Virus record (IMG/VR): IMGVR_UViG_3300024334_000003
Coordinates: 1-56,985 of that record
Direction: 5' to 3' (one strand)
Origin: a virus
Lineage: Duplodnaviria > Caudoviricetes
Length of the DNA stretch: 56,985 nucleotides
The notes under the pieces: generated by a model
Databases searched by the model: none
Seen by the model: the letters and a program-made list of their open reading frames with translations, nothing else
Told to the model about the DNA's origin: nothing
Shown here: one piece after another, positions 26,537 to 34,161 of the stretch
How the letters are laid out: the number at the start of each line of letters is the position of its first letter
How positions within the stretch are numbered: position 1 is the first letter of the stretch
Made by a program: the position numbers and the translations under genes

Positions 26537-26809
26537 ATGCTATACAAGCGCAAAAAGAAAGCCGCAAAGGGTGCCAAGATAAATGGTGACCCAACTAAAA
26601 AGCCGATAACAAAAGAGTCTAATCTAAAGGACATGGCTAAACACATGGGTGATGCTTTTCCCGATGTGTCAATCCCTGATAAGGTAATGAAAGGATACGC
26701 CATGACTTGGCTCCTTACCGGAAGAAGAGACGAGGCATTGAAGGACATCATCTCCAAAGAGAAGGAGCGACAGTCTAAGGGTTTGCCAAAACCTAAGATG
26801 AAATCATGA
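26537..26809 (+). CDS. Basic hypothetical protein; start ATG 26537
   Basis: TATATTTG 4 nt upstream; MLYKRKKKAAKGAK. Confidence 0.7.
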   Translation: MLYKRKKKAAKGAKINGDPTKKPITKESNLKDMAKHMGDAFPDVSIPDKVMKGYAMTWLLTGRRDEALKDIISKEKERQSKGLPKPKMKS

Positions 26810-26994
26810 AGACGGCTAAGAAATCAGAACGCGCAAAGCTGAAGGTTTCTTCTAAGAAGGTTTCAGTCTCTCCCCCTTCTGGATATCACTGGATGGAGGA
26901 GCAGGGTAGATACTACCTTATGAAAGGTGAGTACAAACCGCATCCCGGAGCTGTAGAGAAGGCATCGTTTAAAGTGGCTGACCATGGCAAGTAA
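26806..26994 (+). CDS. Small basic hypothetical protein
   Basis: PPSGYHWM..G.YYLMKG.YKPH; ATGA-coupled. Confidence 0.75.
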   Translation: MKTAKKSERAKLKVSSKKVSVSPPSGYHWMEEQGRYYLMKGEYKPHPGAVEKASFKVADHGK

Positions 26995-27406
26995 GAGGAA
27001 ACAACCGTATAGACTCGGACTCCCGACTAGATACACCGACCCCGGACAGGGTAAAGAAATCAAGGCCACTGTAGAGGAGGATGCCGACAACAAGAAGAAG
27101 ATGTCGGAGGACTACAAGTCTGGCAAGCGCATTAAGCTATCCCTATTCAAGAAGAGGGTAGAGGCTAAGAAGGGGGCTAAAGTAAAAGCCAAACCCTTGA
27201 GTAGCTCTACAATAACAACACTACAAAAGAAAGCCAAGAGTTCCGGAATTTCTTTCGGAACCTTAAAGAAAGTTTACAGAAGGGGTCAAGGTGCTTGGCT
27301 TTCGTCTGGCTCTCGTCGAGGAGCATCCATGGCTGCATGGGCTATGGGTAGAGTCAACAGTTACATCCGTGGCTCTAAGAAGCACGATACAGATTTGAGA
27401 AGATAA
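26984..27406 (+). CDS. Basic protein, DUF5824-like C-terminal domain
   Basis: KAKSSGIS.GTLKKVYRRG.GAW..SGSR..WAMGRVNSY. Confidence 0.7.
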   Translation: MASKRKQPYRLGLPTRYTDPGQGKEIKATVEEDADNKKKMSEDYKSGKRIKLSLFKKRVEAKKGAKVKAKPLSSSTITTLQKKAKSSGISFGTLKKVYRRGQGAWLSSGSRRGASMAAWAMGRVNSYIRGSKKHDTDLRR

Positions 27407-27426
27407 ACAACAGTTATATTTGCGAT

Positions 27427-28011
27427 ATGAAAATGGTTAAAGTTGGGGGCAAGAGCGTCCCGTTTTTTGCAGCCGACGGCAAGGGAGGTAATGACCTCAA
27501 GAAAGCCATGTACGGCATGAAGATGAATAGGGCTGCTCACGGCACCAAGGTCGAGATGGGTGGTGGCGGTAAGATGTACGAGATGATGAGCGGTGGTCTC
27601 GTCAAGCAGTACGACGAAGGCGGAGAAGTGGGAGACCCACCTAGAAAGTTTTTCGTAGCTTCTGGGTTTGACAATCGCGGTGACGACCCATCGGGTAAAC
27701 AGATTGCAGCAGTCTTCATGAGAACAGAAGATGGAGTAAAGCAAATCAATCCGGGAGACCTCATGGAAATCTTCCCTGACGCGGAGAACATGATGCAGGC
27801 ATATCGTATGGCTGGTATCGCTGTGGAGGCCGGTGACAAAGGTGTCACTTTCCCTGAGATGAAACAAGGCTCTTACACCAAATCGTTGTTCGAAGAGTTT
27901 GGTGCCGAAGACATGGACGGCCTCAGAGCTAAACTCAACATCGCCCCCGTTAAGTACGATAGGGAAAGAGACCTCCCTAAGCTCGTTCCCGGTCTTCGAG
28001 GTGGAATGTAA
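27427..28011 (+). CDS. Putative internal virion protein with repeated xxGG motifs
   Basis: TATATTTG 4 nt upstream; AMYGMK/AAHGTK/MGGGGK/MMSGGL/YDEGGE. Confidence 0.7.
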   Translation: MKMVKVGGKSVPFFAADGKGGNDLKKAMYGMKMNRAAHGTKVEMGGGGKMYEMMSGGLVKQYDEGGEVGDPPRKFFVASGFDNRGDDPSGKQIAAVFMRTEDGVKQINPGDLMEIFPDAENMMQAYRMAGIAVEAGDKGVTFPEMKQGSYTKSLFEEFGAEDMDGLRAKLNIAPVKYDRERDLPKLVPGLRGGM

Positions 28012-28503
28012 TCAGTTGAAGGAAACGAACTCGGTTCTATCCCGACCAATACGAAGCGGTCTAGTCGATACGATTAGGCTGCTTCTTTTTTCTGCGTATC
28101 CTGTATCTATGACTCCCTGAATGAAGTTTTCGTTCACGACGATATGTACTCCCTCTCCTACGTTGTTTCCATCCTCGTCTAAGCAAAGGATGGTGTAGAT
28201 ACCTTTCTCAAAAAGAGGTAAGGCTAATACGTCTGCTCCGTGGAATACGGTGTACGTTTCCAGCGAGGTACCCAAGTTCGGGTCTAGTACGTCTCCAAAG
28301 ATTGAGTCTGGATTCATGCCCACGACCCGGATTACGAGAACCTCGTGCGGTATTCCGTTCTGTGGTTTCATACTTAGTAGTAGGGGTGTGCTAAGTGCGT
28401 TCTTCTCTGTTGGTGCGTACACACCGTCGAGGATACTATTAAGGGATTGAGCGTTGCTCACGGTTGCCAATGCGATGGCTAGGATGAAAATGATGTTCTT
28501 CAT
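28012..28503 (-). CDS. Exported protein with signal peptide, moron-like
   Basis: MKNIIFILAIALATVSNA|Q; own ECF-like promoter; opposite to its neighbours. Confidence 0.8.
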   Translation of the reverse strand: MKNIIFILAIALATVSNAQSLNSILDGVYAPTEKNALSTPLLLSMKPQNGIPHEVLVIRVVGMNPDSIFGDVLDPNLGTSLETYTVFHGADVLALPLFEKGIYTILCLDEDGNNVGEGVHIVVNENFIQGVIDTGYAEKRSSLIVSTRPLRIGRDRTEFVSFN

Positions 28504-28521
28504 GACATTGTGTTTGGGGGT

Positions 28522-28562
28522 TTGTCTACATCCTTAACGCTATTAGATTCCGTATATTGTGC
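28522..28562 (-). promoter_or_regulatory. ECF-like early promoter copy within the late arm
   Basis: Plus AACG 28536, ATTGTG 28556 (16-nt spacer). Confidence 0.7.
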
Positions 28563-28564
28563 CC

Positions 28565-29119
28565 ATGCTTGTAAAACGAGAAAAAAAATTTCAAAGGGTA
28601 GCCAGAGTAAGCATGAGAGAGGGCGGTTCAGTTGATTGGCCACCGTCTGGTGCTAAGAGTTTTAATGACATTCTTGAAAGACAAATCTTTAAGGAGTCTA
28701 GGTTTAACCCTTTAGCTGAGTCACCTGCGGGAGCTCGTGGACTAGCTCAGATTATGCCGGGCACCGAAAGCTACATGAAGGAGAAGGGAATGATTCCCGA
28801 AGGTTTCGATGCGTTCAACCCGGATGATTCGAGGTTGGCTCAACGTGCATACATGGAATCCCTTTTGGACAGGAGCTGGAATAAGGGTAGCGAGGAAGTC
28901 AAGATTGCAAAGGCTCTCGCTGCATACAACTTTGGACCTACGGCTGTGGTCCGTACTTTGAACAAAGCGAGAGAAGATGGGGTAGACATCTACGACTCAT
29001 TAGACTGGTTGGAAAGACTTCCTCTTGAGACTAGAGATTACGTCTCTAAGATTCTAGGTTACAACGAAAGGTTCGAGTCAGAGTATTCAGATTCATCCCT
29101 CAAGAGGTCTGAAGATTAA
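28565..29119 (+). CDS. Lytic transglycosylase (SLT domain)
   Basis: ESRFNPLAESPAGARGLAQIMP..ALAAYNFG..ETRDYV. Confidence 0.92.
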   Translation: MLVKREKKFQRVARVSMREGGSVDWPPSGAKSFNDILERQIFKESRFNPLAESPAGARGLAQIMPGTESYMKEKGMIPEGFDAFNPDDSRLAQRAYMESLLDRSWNKGSEEVKIAKALAAYNFGPTAVVRTLNKAREDGVDIYDSLDWLERLPLETRDYVSKILGYNERFESEYSDSSLKRSED

Positions 29120-29534
29120 TAGGCTCTCCGCCCTCCAGCTTCCTGTATATTCGTTGCACAAGCATCCGCCCCGATTGAGACAAACCGAGTCTGTGCTCGT
29201 TACCTGATTTCTCATGGAATAAGGCATTGATGTAAGAATCAATCTCCTTGCCATGATGTATTACTTCTATGTACCCTTTTTGCTTCAAGGGCAACACGGT
29301 CCTTTCATACAGCTTCTTCCTGCTTTTGCCCATGGCCTTCGAGAGATGGTTGATGGTGAAAAACTCGTAGTCGTAACAGAACAAAAGTGCCTCGACTTCG
29401 GCCAGCCCTATATCGAAGTTAAGCTTTACATCTCTTAGTACTAACGATAGTTTCTTGAGGTCGTTACGCTTTACATATCGTTTATTCAATTTGCTAAATT
29501 CACGCCTTCTGCGTGACGGATGGTGTCTACTCAT
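29100..29534 (-). CDS. Winged-helix (MarR-like) DNA-binding protein
   Basis: EVEALLF..FTINHLSKAM..LKQKGYI..LSQSGRMLV. Confidence 0.6.
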   Translation of the reverse strand: MSRHHPSRRRREFSKLNKRYVKRNDLKKLSLVLRDVKLNFDIGLAEVEALLFCYDYEFFTINHLSKAMGKSRKKLYERTVLPLKQKGYIEVIHHGKEIDSYINALFHEKSGNEHRLGLSQSGRMLVQRIYRKLEGGEPINLQTS

Positions 29535-29564
29535 TAGTAGTATATTTGCTGTAAAGTTAATAGC

Positions 29565-30422
29565 ATGGGAACACTTAGTGGAAATAGGATTAAGTCAACG
29601 TATCAAGGCCTTCTGAAAACAACAGATGCCGCGAACCTTACATCCAGTCTAAAGGTAATTGAAGACGGGAGCGGAAACTCTTCCGCACTCTCACTTTCTA
29701 CTACGGAAGTAAAAGTTGCTGGACTGAAGATTGGCAGTGGGCCAACTAGCTTAGCTACCGGAACCGAAACAGATGTCTTGATTATTGCTAGTGATGGTAC
29801 TATCAAGAAGAGGGCATTCCCTTCAGCTTCAACCGTAACGACTAGTACATCAGGAACTGCCAGTCCACAGATTACTGTAGCCCAGTCCACTGGGTCAAGC
29901 AAGACTGTGACGTTCAATTCAGGAGGTGGAATTACTCTTTCTAGAAATTCAGCAACAGACACGATTACCATTGCTGCGGATTCCGCCGTTCCCACCATGT
30001 CTACCCTTACGACCACCGCAGGCGTTCAGGCCAGTGACGGCAGTGTGGTTTACCTCTTGGATGTTAACTCAATTAACGGTGGTACTATTAGCCTGCCTTC
30101 AATCAGTGCTGCTGGTGATAATTTAAAGTTCGTTGTCTCAACAGAGAAGTCTACCGCCATGACAATCAAGTCCGCTAGTGGTGACAAGTTCTTCGGGAAG
30201 GTCACTCTTGACAAAAGCGATGGTAGCTCTAGGGCGATTCAAAATAATGTCAAGTCTGGCTCAAACAACACAATTACTCTTGCGGCAACCAGCGCAAGCA
30301 GTGGAGGAAAAGCTGGGGATGTTATTGAGTGTATCGCTGTTGATACAGAGTTCTGGCTTGTAAATGCTAACCTCACAACAACTGGTGCCGCGACTAGCTG
30401 TGATGTCTTCTCAACCACTTAA
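29565..30422 (+). CDS. Virion structural/fibre-like protein
   Basis: Ser/Thr/Gly-rich; MGTLSGNRIKSTYQGLLK; TATATTTG at 29541. Confidence 0.65.
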   Translation: MGTLSGNRIKSTYQGLLKTTDAANLTSSLKVIEDGSGNSSALSLSTTEVKVAGLKIGSGPTSLATGTETDVLIIASDGTIKKRAFPSASTVTTSTSGTASPQITVAQSTGSSKTVTFNSGGGITLSRNSATDTITIAADSAVPTMSTLTTTAGVQASDGSVVYLLDVNSINGGTISLPSISAAGDNLKFVVSTEKSTAMTIKSASGDKFFGKVTLDKSDGSSRAIQNNVKSGSNNTITLAATSASSGGKAGDVIECIAVDTEFWLVNANLTTTGAATSCDVFSTT

Positions 30423-30426
30423 TACT

Positions 30427-30714
30427 ATGGACGATATTCTAAAGAAAGCAATGTTCTCTGAAATCGCAGGTGTGATGGAGACAATAGAGGAGATTACCAA
30501 GAAGTACAATCACTCCGGGGATTTAGTTTACACGGCTGCCTTTGGGTTTCTTGAAGAAGAAGGCGAGGAGGAAAACCGTTGGAGCTTAACTTACGGAAAC
30601 AACTGTAGAGATTCAGGAGAGTTCGAGGAGTTCATGACACTTCAGTTTCAAGCGTTTCAAGGTGCTGAAGAGGATGAAGACGACGACGGCTTTATGGGTT
30701 TCTACCTAAACTAA
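30427..30714 (+). CDS. Acidic hypothetical protein; start ATG 30427
   Basis: MDDILKK... Confidence 0.7.
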   Translation: MDDILKKAMFSEIAGVMETIEEITKKYNHSGDLVYTAAFGFLEEEGEEENRWSLTYGNNCRDSGEFEEFMTLQFQAFQGAEEDEDDDGFMGFYLN

Positions 30715-30718
30715 AATC

Positions 30719-30955
30719 ATGCAACTTATTAGAAAGATTGTCGTTGGGCCAAACCCCAAGGACGCAATGGCGTATTATGTCGGGATGAAAGCGGGGCAAG
30801 CTAAGGTTTGCGCAATCAAGGAAGACGATGCAGCACTATACAGGTACAACGTAAGAAGGTACCATGTTTATCTAGAGGACAAAGATTCAACGTATATTTG
30901 GAAGACGGTTGAGAACCAACCTATTTTAATTGAGTACGATTGTAATTTTGAATGA
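30719..30955 (+). CDS. Conserved hypothetical protein
   Basis: LIRKIVVG..KDAMAY.VG..WK..PILIEYD. Confidence 0.8.
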   Translation: MQLIRKIVVGPNPKDAMAYYVGMKAGQAKVCAIKEDDAALYRYNVRRYHVYLEDKDSTYIWKTVENQPILIEYDCNFE

Positions 30956-31533
30956 AATCATTAAGACACTTCTTCGTTGAGGTGCCCGAAAAAACTACAG
31001 GCACTATAACGGTAGGAGGCAAAGAGCTTTACATCGACACAAGGTTCAATGAATTTGAGCATCGTGTTTGTCATGGGAAAGTCCTATCCGCCCCTAATTC
31101 TTTTGAGACCGGAGTAAAGAAAGGAGACACCCTGTTCTTTCACCATCATGTAACTATCAGTGACAATCTACGGATAGATGATGGTGTGTACATGGCTGTG
31201 TTGAATTACTCAAACCCTAGAGGTAGTCATGCTATTGCGTATAGAAATTCAGATGGTGAGTTGCGCATGCTCGCCGACTGGGTTTTTCTTGAGCCTGTAG
31301 AATCCTCTAACGAAGAGGAGGTTACCGAGGGTGGTGTAATCATAGTTTCTCATGAAGAGAAAAAAGAGGCAGAGGCTAGGGTCGTTACCCCATCGAAACG
31401 GATGCTCGAACAAGGTGTAAAGAAAGGAGACGTAGTTGGCTTCTTGCCAGACCGTGATTACAAAATGACACTGGATGACGATAGTATTGTGTATCGTATG
31501 ACAGATGATGATATCCTCTATGTCGTCAAGTAA
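30952..31533 (+). CDS. groES: Tandem GroES-like co-chaperonin
   Basis: Two GVKKGD repeats; LADWVFLEP..TEGGVII..DDDIL. Confidence 0.75.
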   Translation: MKSLRHFFVEVPEKTTGTITVGGKELYIDTRFNEFEHRVCHGKVLSAPNSFETGVKKGDTLFFHHHVTISDNLRIDDGVYMAVLNYSNPRGSHAIAYRNSDGELRMLADWVFLEPVESSNEEEVTEGGVIIVSHEEKKEAEARVVTPSKRMLEQGVKKGDVVGFLPDRDYKMTLDDDSIVYRMTDDDILYVVK

Positions 31534-31810
31534 ATTCACAACCATTGGTGCCGCTCAAAGGCTAATGAAGTCTATGGAGATGGCTATAGACAATATGATT
31601 GATGAGGTAAAGCGTCCTGTTGACCCCGAGGCTGGTGGCTCTGCGCGTAAAGCCGAACTACAGTCTATCAAACAAACAGCTATTGATTGCAAGGAGTTGC
31701 TGGTTGAAAGACAGCGGCTTGAGCAAATGGTAAAAGACCTGAAGTCAAACGGAAGCATTGAGCAAGAAAAGGATTACTCTGGCGGATTTGCTGAAAAATT
31801 TAGTAAATAG
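31520..31810 (+). CDS. Terminase small subunit (putative)
   Basis: Helical, about 96 aa, upstream of terL; ends GGFAEKFSK. Confidence 0.6.
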   Translation: MSSSKFTTIGAAQRLMKSMEMAIDNMIDEVKRPVDPEAGGSARKAELQSIKQTAIDCKELLVERQRLEQMVKDLKSNGSIEQEKDYSGGFAEKFSK

Positions 31811-31812
31811 AT

Positions 31813-31998
31813 ATGGCAAAGTTTATCTGTAGCGATTGTAGCCACGAACAAGAAGCAACCAATACCTCGATTAGGATTATAGAGGGGAAGGCTCGTCATG
31901 ATGTCATGTGCGATAAGTGTGGGAGTTACATGGAATTAAAGGAGCCTAAGTCAGGCATGCCTAGCTTTAAGTCTAACCACTGGGGTCAGGTGATGTAA
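31813..31998 (+). CDS. Zinc-ribbon protein
   Basis: CSDC..CDKCG. Confidence 0.75.
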   Translation: MAKFICSDCSHEQEATNTSIRIIEGKARHDVMCDKCGSYMELKEPKSGMPSFKSNHWGQVM

Positions 31999-34112
31999 TG
32001 GACGTCCTATTTAAAATAGATGATTATGAAGAACCGATTGTTAAGATTTGTCCCAACGGTACGCTCGGAGATATCGTGGAGCTTGGTGGGATTCTCATTG
32101 GTCTTCCTGAAGCCCCATCAAAAGGAATCAAAGGAGAAGGTCTGGAGGCAAGTATGCAGATGTGGGAAAGGCTACCTATGCCAGCAGAACTGTCCCGTAT
32201 TCGAAGCATGGATGAGTGGGCCGAAACGCCCAAAGAGTTTCGAGAAAAGTTTCGTCCATTTATCGAGGAAGAGTTTAGAAGGCGTAGGGAAGGTTTTTGG
32301 TTTTACAATAAGGGTGAGCCTACGTTTATCACGGGGCGGCACTACATGCTCCTCCAGTGGACGAAGATTGACATTGGCTACCCCTCATATCTGGGATTCC
32401 AAAGAGATATCTTCCTTCACATGGCTGCGTGCGAAGCTGACCCGCGCTGTATTGGCCAGCTTTACACTAAGTGTCGCCGCTCTGGTTACACTAATATCTG
32501 CTCTTCTGTTCTTCTTGACGAGGCTACTCAAGTTAAAGACAAGCTTCTTGGCATACAGTCGAAGACTGGTAAGGACGCTCAGGAAAACATCTTCATGAAA
32601 AAAGTGGTGTCGATGTTTCGGCACTACCCATTTTTCTTCAAGCCCATTCAAGACGGCACCACAAACCCGCGCATGGAGCTTGCGTTCCGCGAGCCATCTA
32701 AAAGGATAACCAAGAACAATAAAACATCGTATGTTGGTGACGCGCTCAATACAGTGCTTAACTGGAAGAACACTACCAACAATGCTTACGATGGTGAGAA
32801 GCTTCACATGCTGTATATGGATGAGGCGGGCAAATGGGAAAAACCTTCTGACATCCGCGAAGCTTGGCGCATTGAAAGGACTTGTCTTATTGTTGGTCGT
32901 CGTATTGTAGGCAAGGCACTTGTTGGTAGCACCGTAAACCCTATGGATAAAGGCGGTTCCCAGTACAAGCAGATTTGGAAAGACTCAGACCCCGCGAAGA
33001 GGAATGCCAATGGCAGAACTGCCTCTGGACTTTACAGGCTCTTTATTCCGGCATACGAATCGTTAGAGGGGTTTTTTGATATGCATGGTAATCCCATTGT
33101 CGAAGACCCAAGCTCCGAGATTAAAACACTCGATGGAGACTTTATGACCTTTGGTTCTAAGACATTCCTCAAGAACGAAAGAGATGCTCTGAAGAACGAC
33201 GCTAAGGAGCTGAACGAAACCATTAGGCAGTTTCCATTTACTCCAGATGAAGCCTTCAGGGATAGCGTGGAGGGTAGCTTGTTTAACATTGGAAAGATTT
33301 ACGAGCAGGTAGAACATAACGAATCGCTATATCCAAACCCGGTAGTAAGGGGAAACTTTCAATGGAAAGGCGGGGTGCCTGATACTGAGGTTGTTTTCCT
33401 ACCAAACCACCAAGGAAGGTGGTATGTGTCATGGATGCCAGAACAAGGCAAAAGAAGTGTCATGTCAATGGATAGGAATAAGAGGGTTCCACCAAATAGC
33501 GATATGGGTTGTGGTGGTGTTGACTCTTACGACCTAGATGCTACAGTAGATAGCAGGTCGTCGAAAGGTGCATGTCACATCTACAACAAGTTCAACATGG
33601 ATGCCGCCAGTAACATGTTTGTCGCTGAGTACGCAAGCCGCCCGCCAATGGCAAAAATCTTCTACGAGGATGTACTTATGGCTGCTGTGTTTTACGGTTA
33701 CCCATTACTGATAGAGAATAACAAGTATGGTATCGTAAGACACTTTGAAGCAAGGGGCTACGATGGATATGTGATGGACAGGCCAGAACACCTAAGGTCA
33801 ACGTCATCATCTACTAACGTAAAGACTAAGGGCATCCCCTCTAATTCACAGGATGTAATTCAAGCACACGCATCAGCGATAGAAGACTACATACATAAAC
33901 ATGTTGGTTTGAATGAGATGGGTGAGCCCGGTCGCATGTACTTCAATAGGACTCTGGAAGACTGGATTGGATTTAAGATTGACAAGAGAACAAAGTACGA
34001 CCTATCAATTAGCTCTGGTCTTGCGCTATTAGCGGCTCAAAAAGTCAAGCAAAAGAAAGCAGTACCTAAGTTTGAGGATAAGGTTTTCTTTAGAAGATAC
34101 AAGCTGACCTAA
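31998..34112 (+). CDS. terL: Terminase large subunit
   Basis: KCRRSGYT Walker A, LYMDEAGKW Walker B, GST, QFP..EAF, GVDSYD, IENN, YDLSISSG. Confidence 0.92.
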   Translation: MDVLFKIDDYEEPIVKICPNGTLGDIVELGGILIGLPEAPSKGIKGEGLEASMQMWERLPMPAELSRIRSMDEWAETPKEFREKFRPFIEEEFRRRREGFWFYNKGEPTFITGRHYMLLQWTKIDIGYPSYLGFQRDIFLHMAACEADPRCIGQLYTKCRRSGYTNICSSVLLDEATQVKDKLLGIQSKTGKDAQENIFMKKVVSMFRHYPFFFKPIQDGTTNPRMELAFREPSKRITKNNKTSYVGDALNTVLNWKNTTNNAYDGEKLHMLYMDEAGKWEKPSDIREAWRIERTCLIVGRRIVGKALVGSTVNPMDKGGSQYKQIWKDSDPAKRNANGRTASGLYRLFIPAYESLEGFFDMHGNPIVEDPSSEIKTLDGDFMTFGSKTFLKNERDALKNDAKELNETIRQFPFTPDEAFRDSVEGSLFNIGKIYEQVEHNESLYPNPVVRGNFQWKGGVPDTEVVFLPNHQGRWYVSWMPEQGKRSVMSMDRNKRVPPNSDMGCGGVDSYDLDATVDSRSSKGACHIYNKFNMDAASNMFVAEYASRPPMAKIFYEDVLMAAVFYGYPLLIENNKYGIVRHFEARGYDGYVMDRPEHLRSTSSSTNVKTKGIPSNSQDVIQAHASAIEDYIHKHVGLNEMGEPGRMYFNRTLEDWIGFKIDKRTKYDLSISSGLALLAAQKVKQKKAVPKFEDKVFFRRYKLT

Positions 34113-34161
34113 GGCTTGCCGCATATCACTATATTTGCACTTGAGTCCAACAAACTATTTC

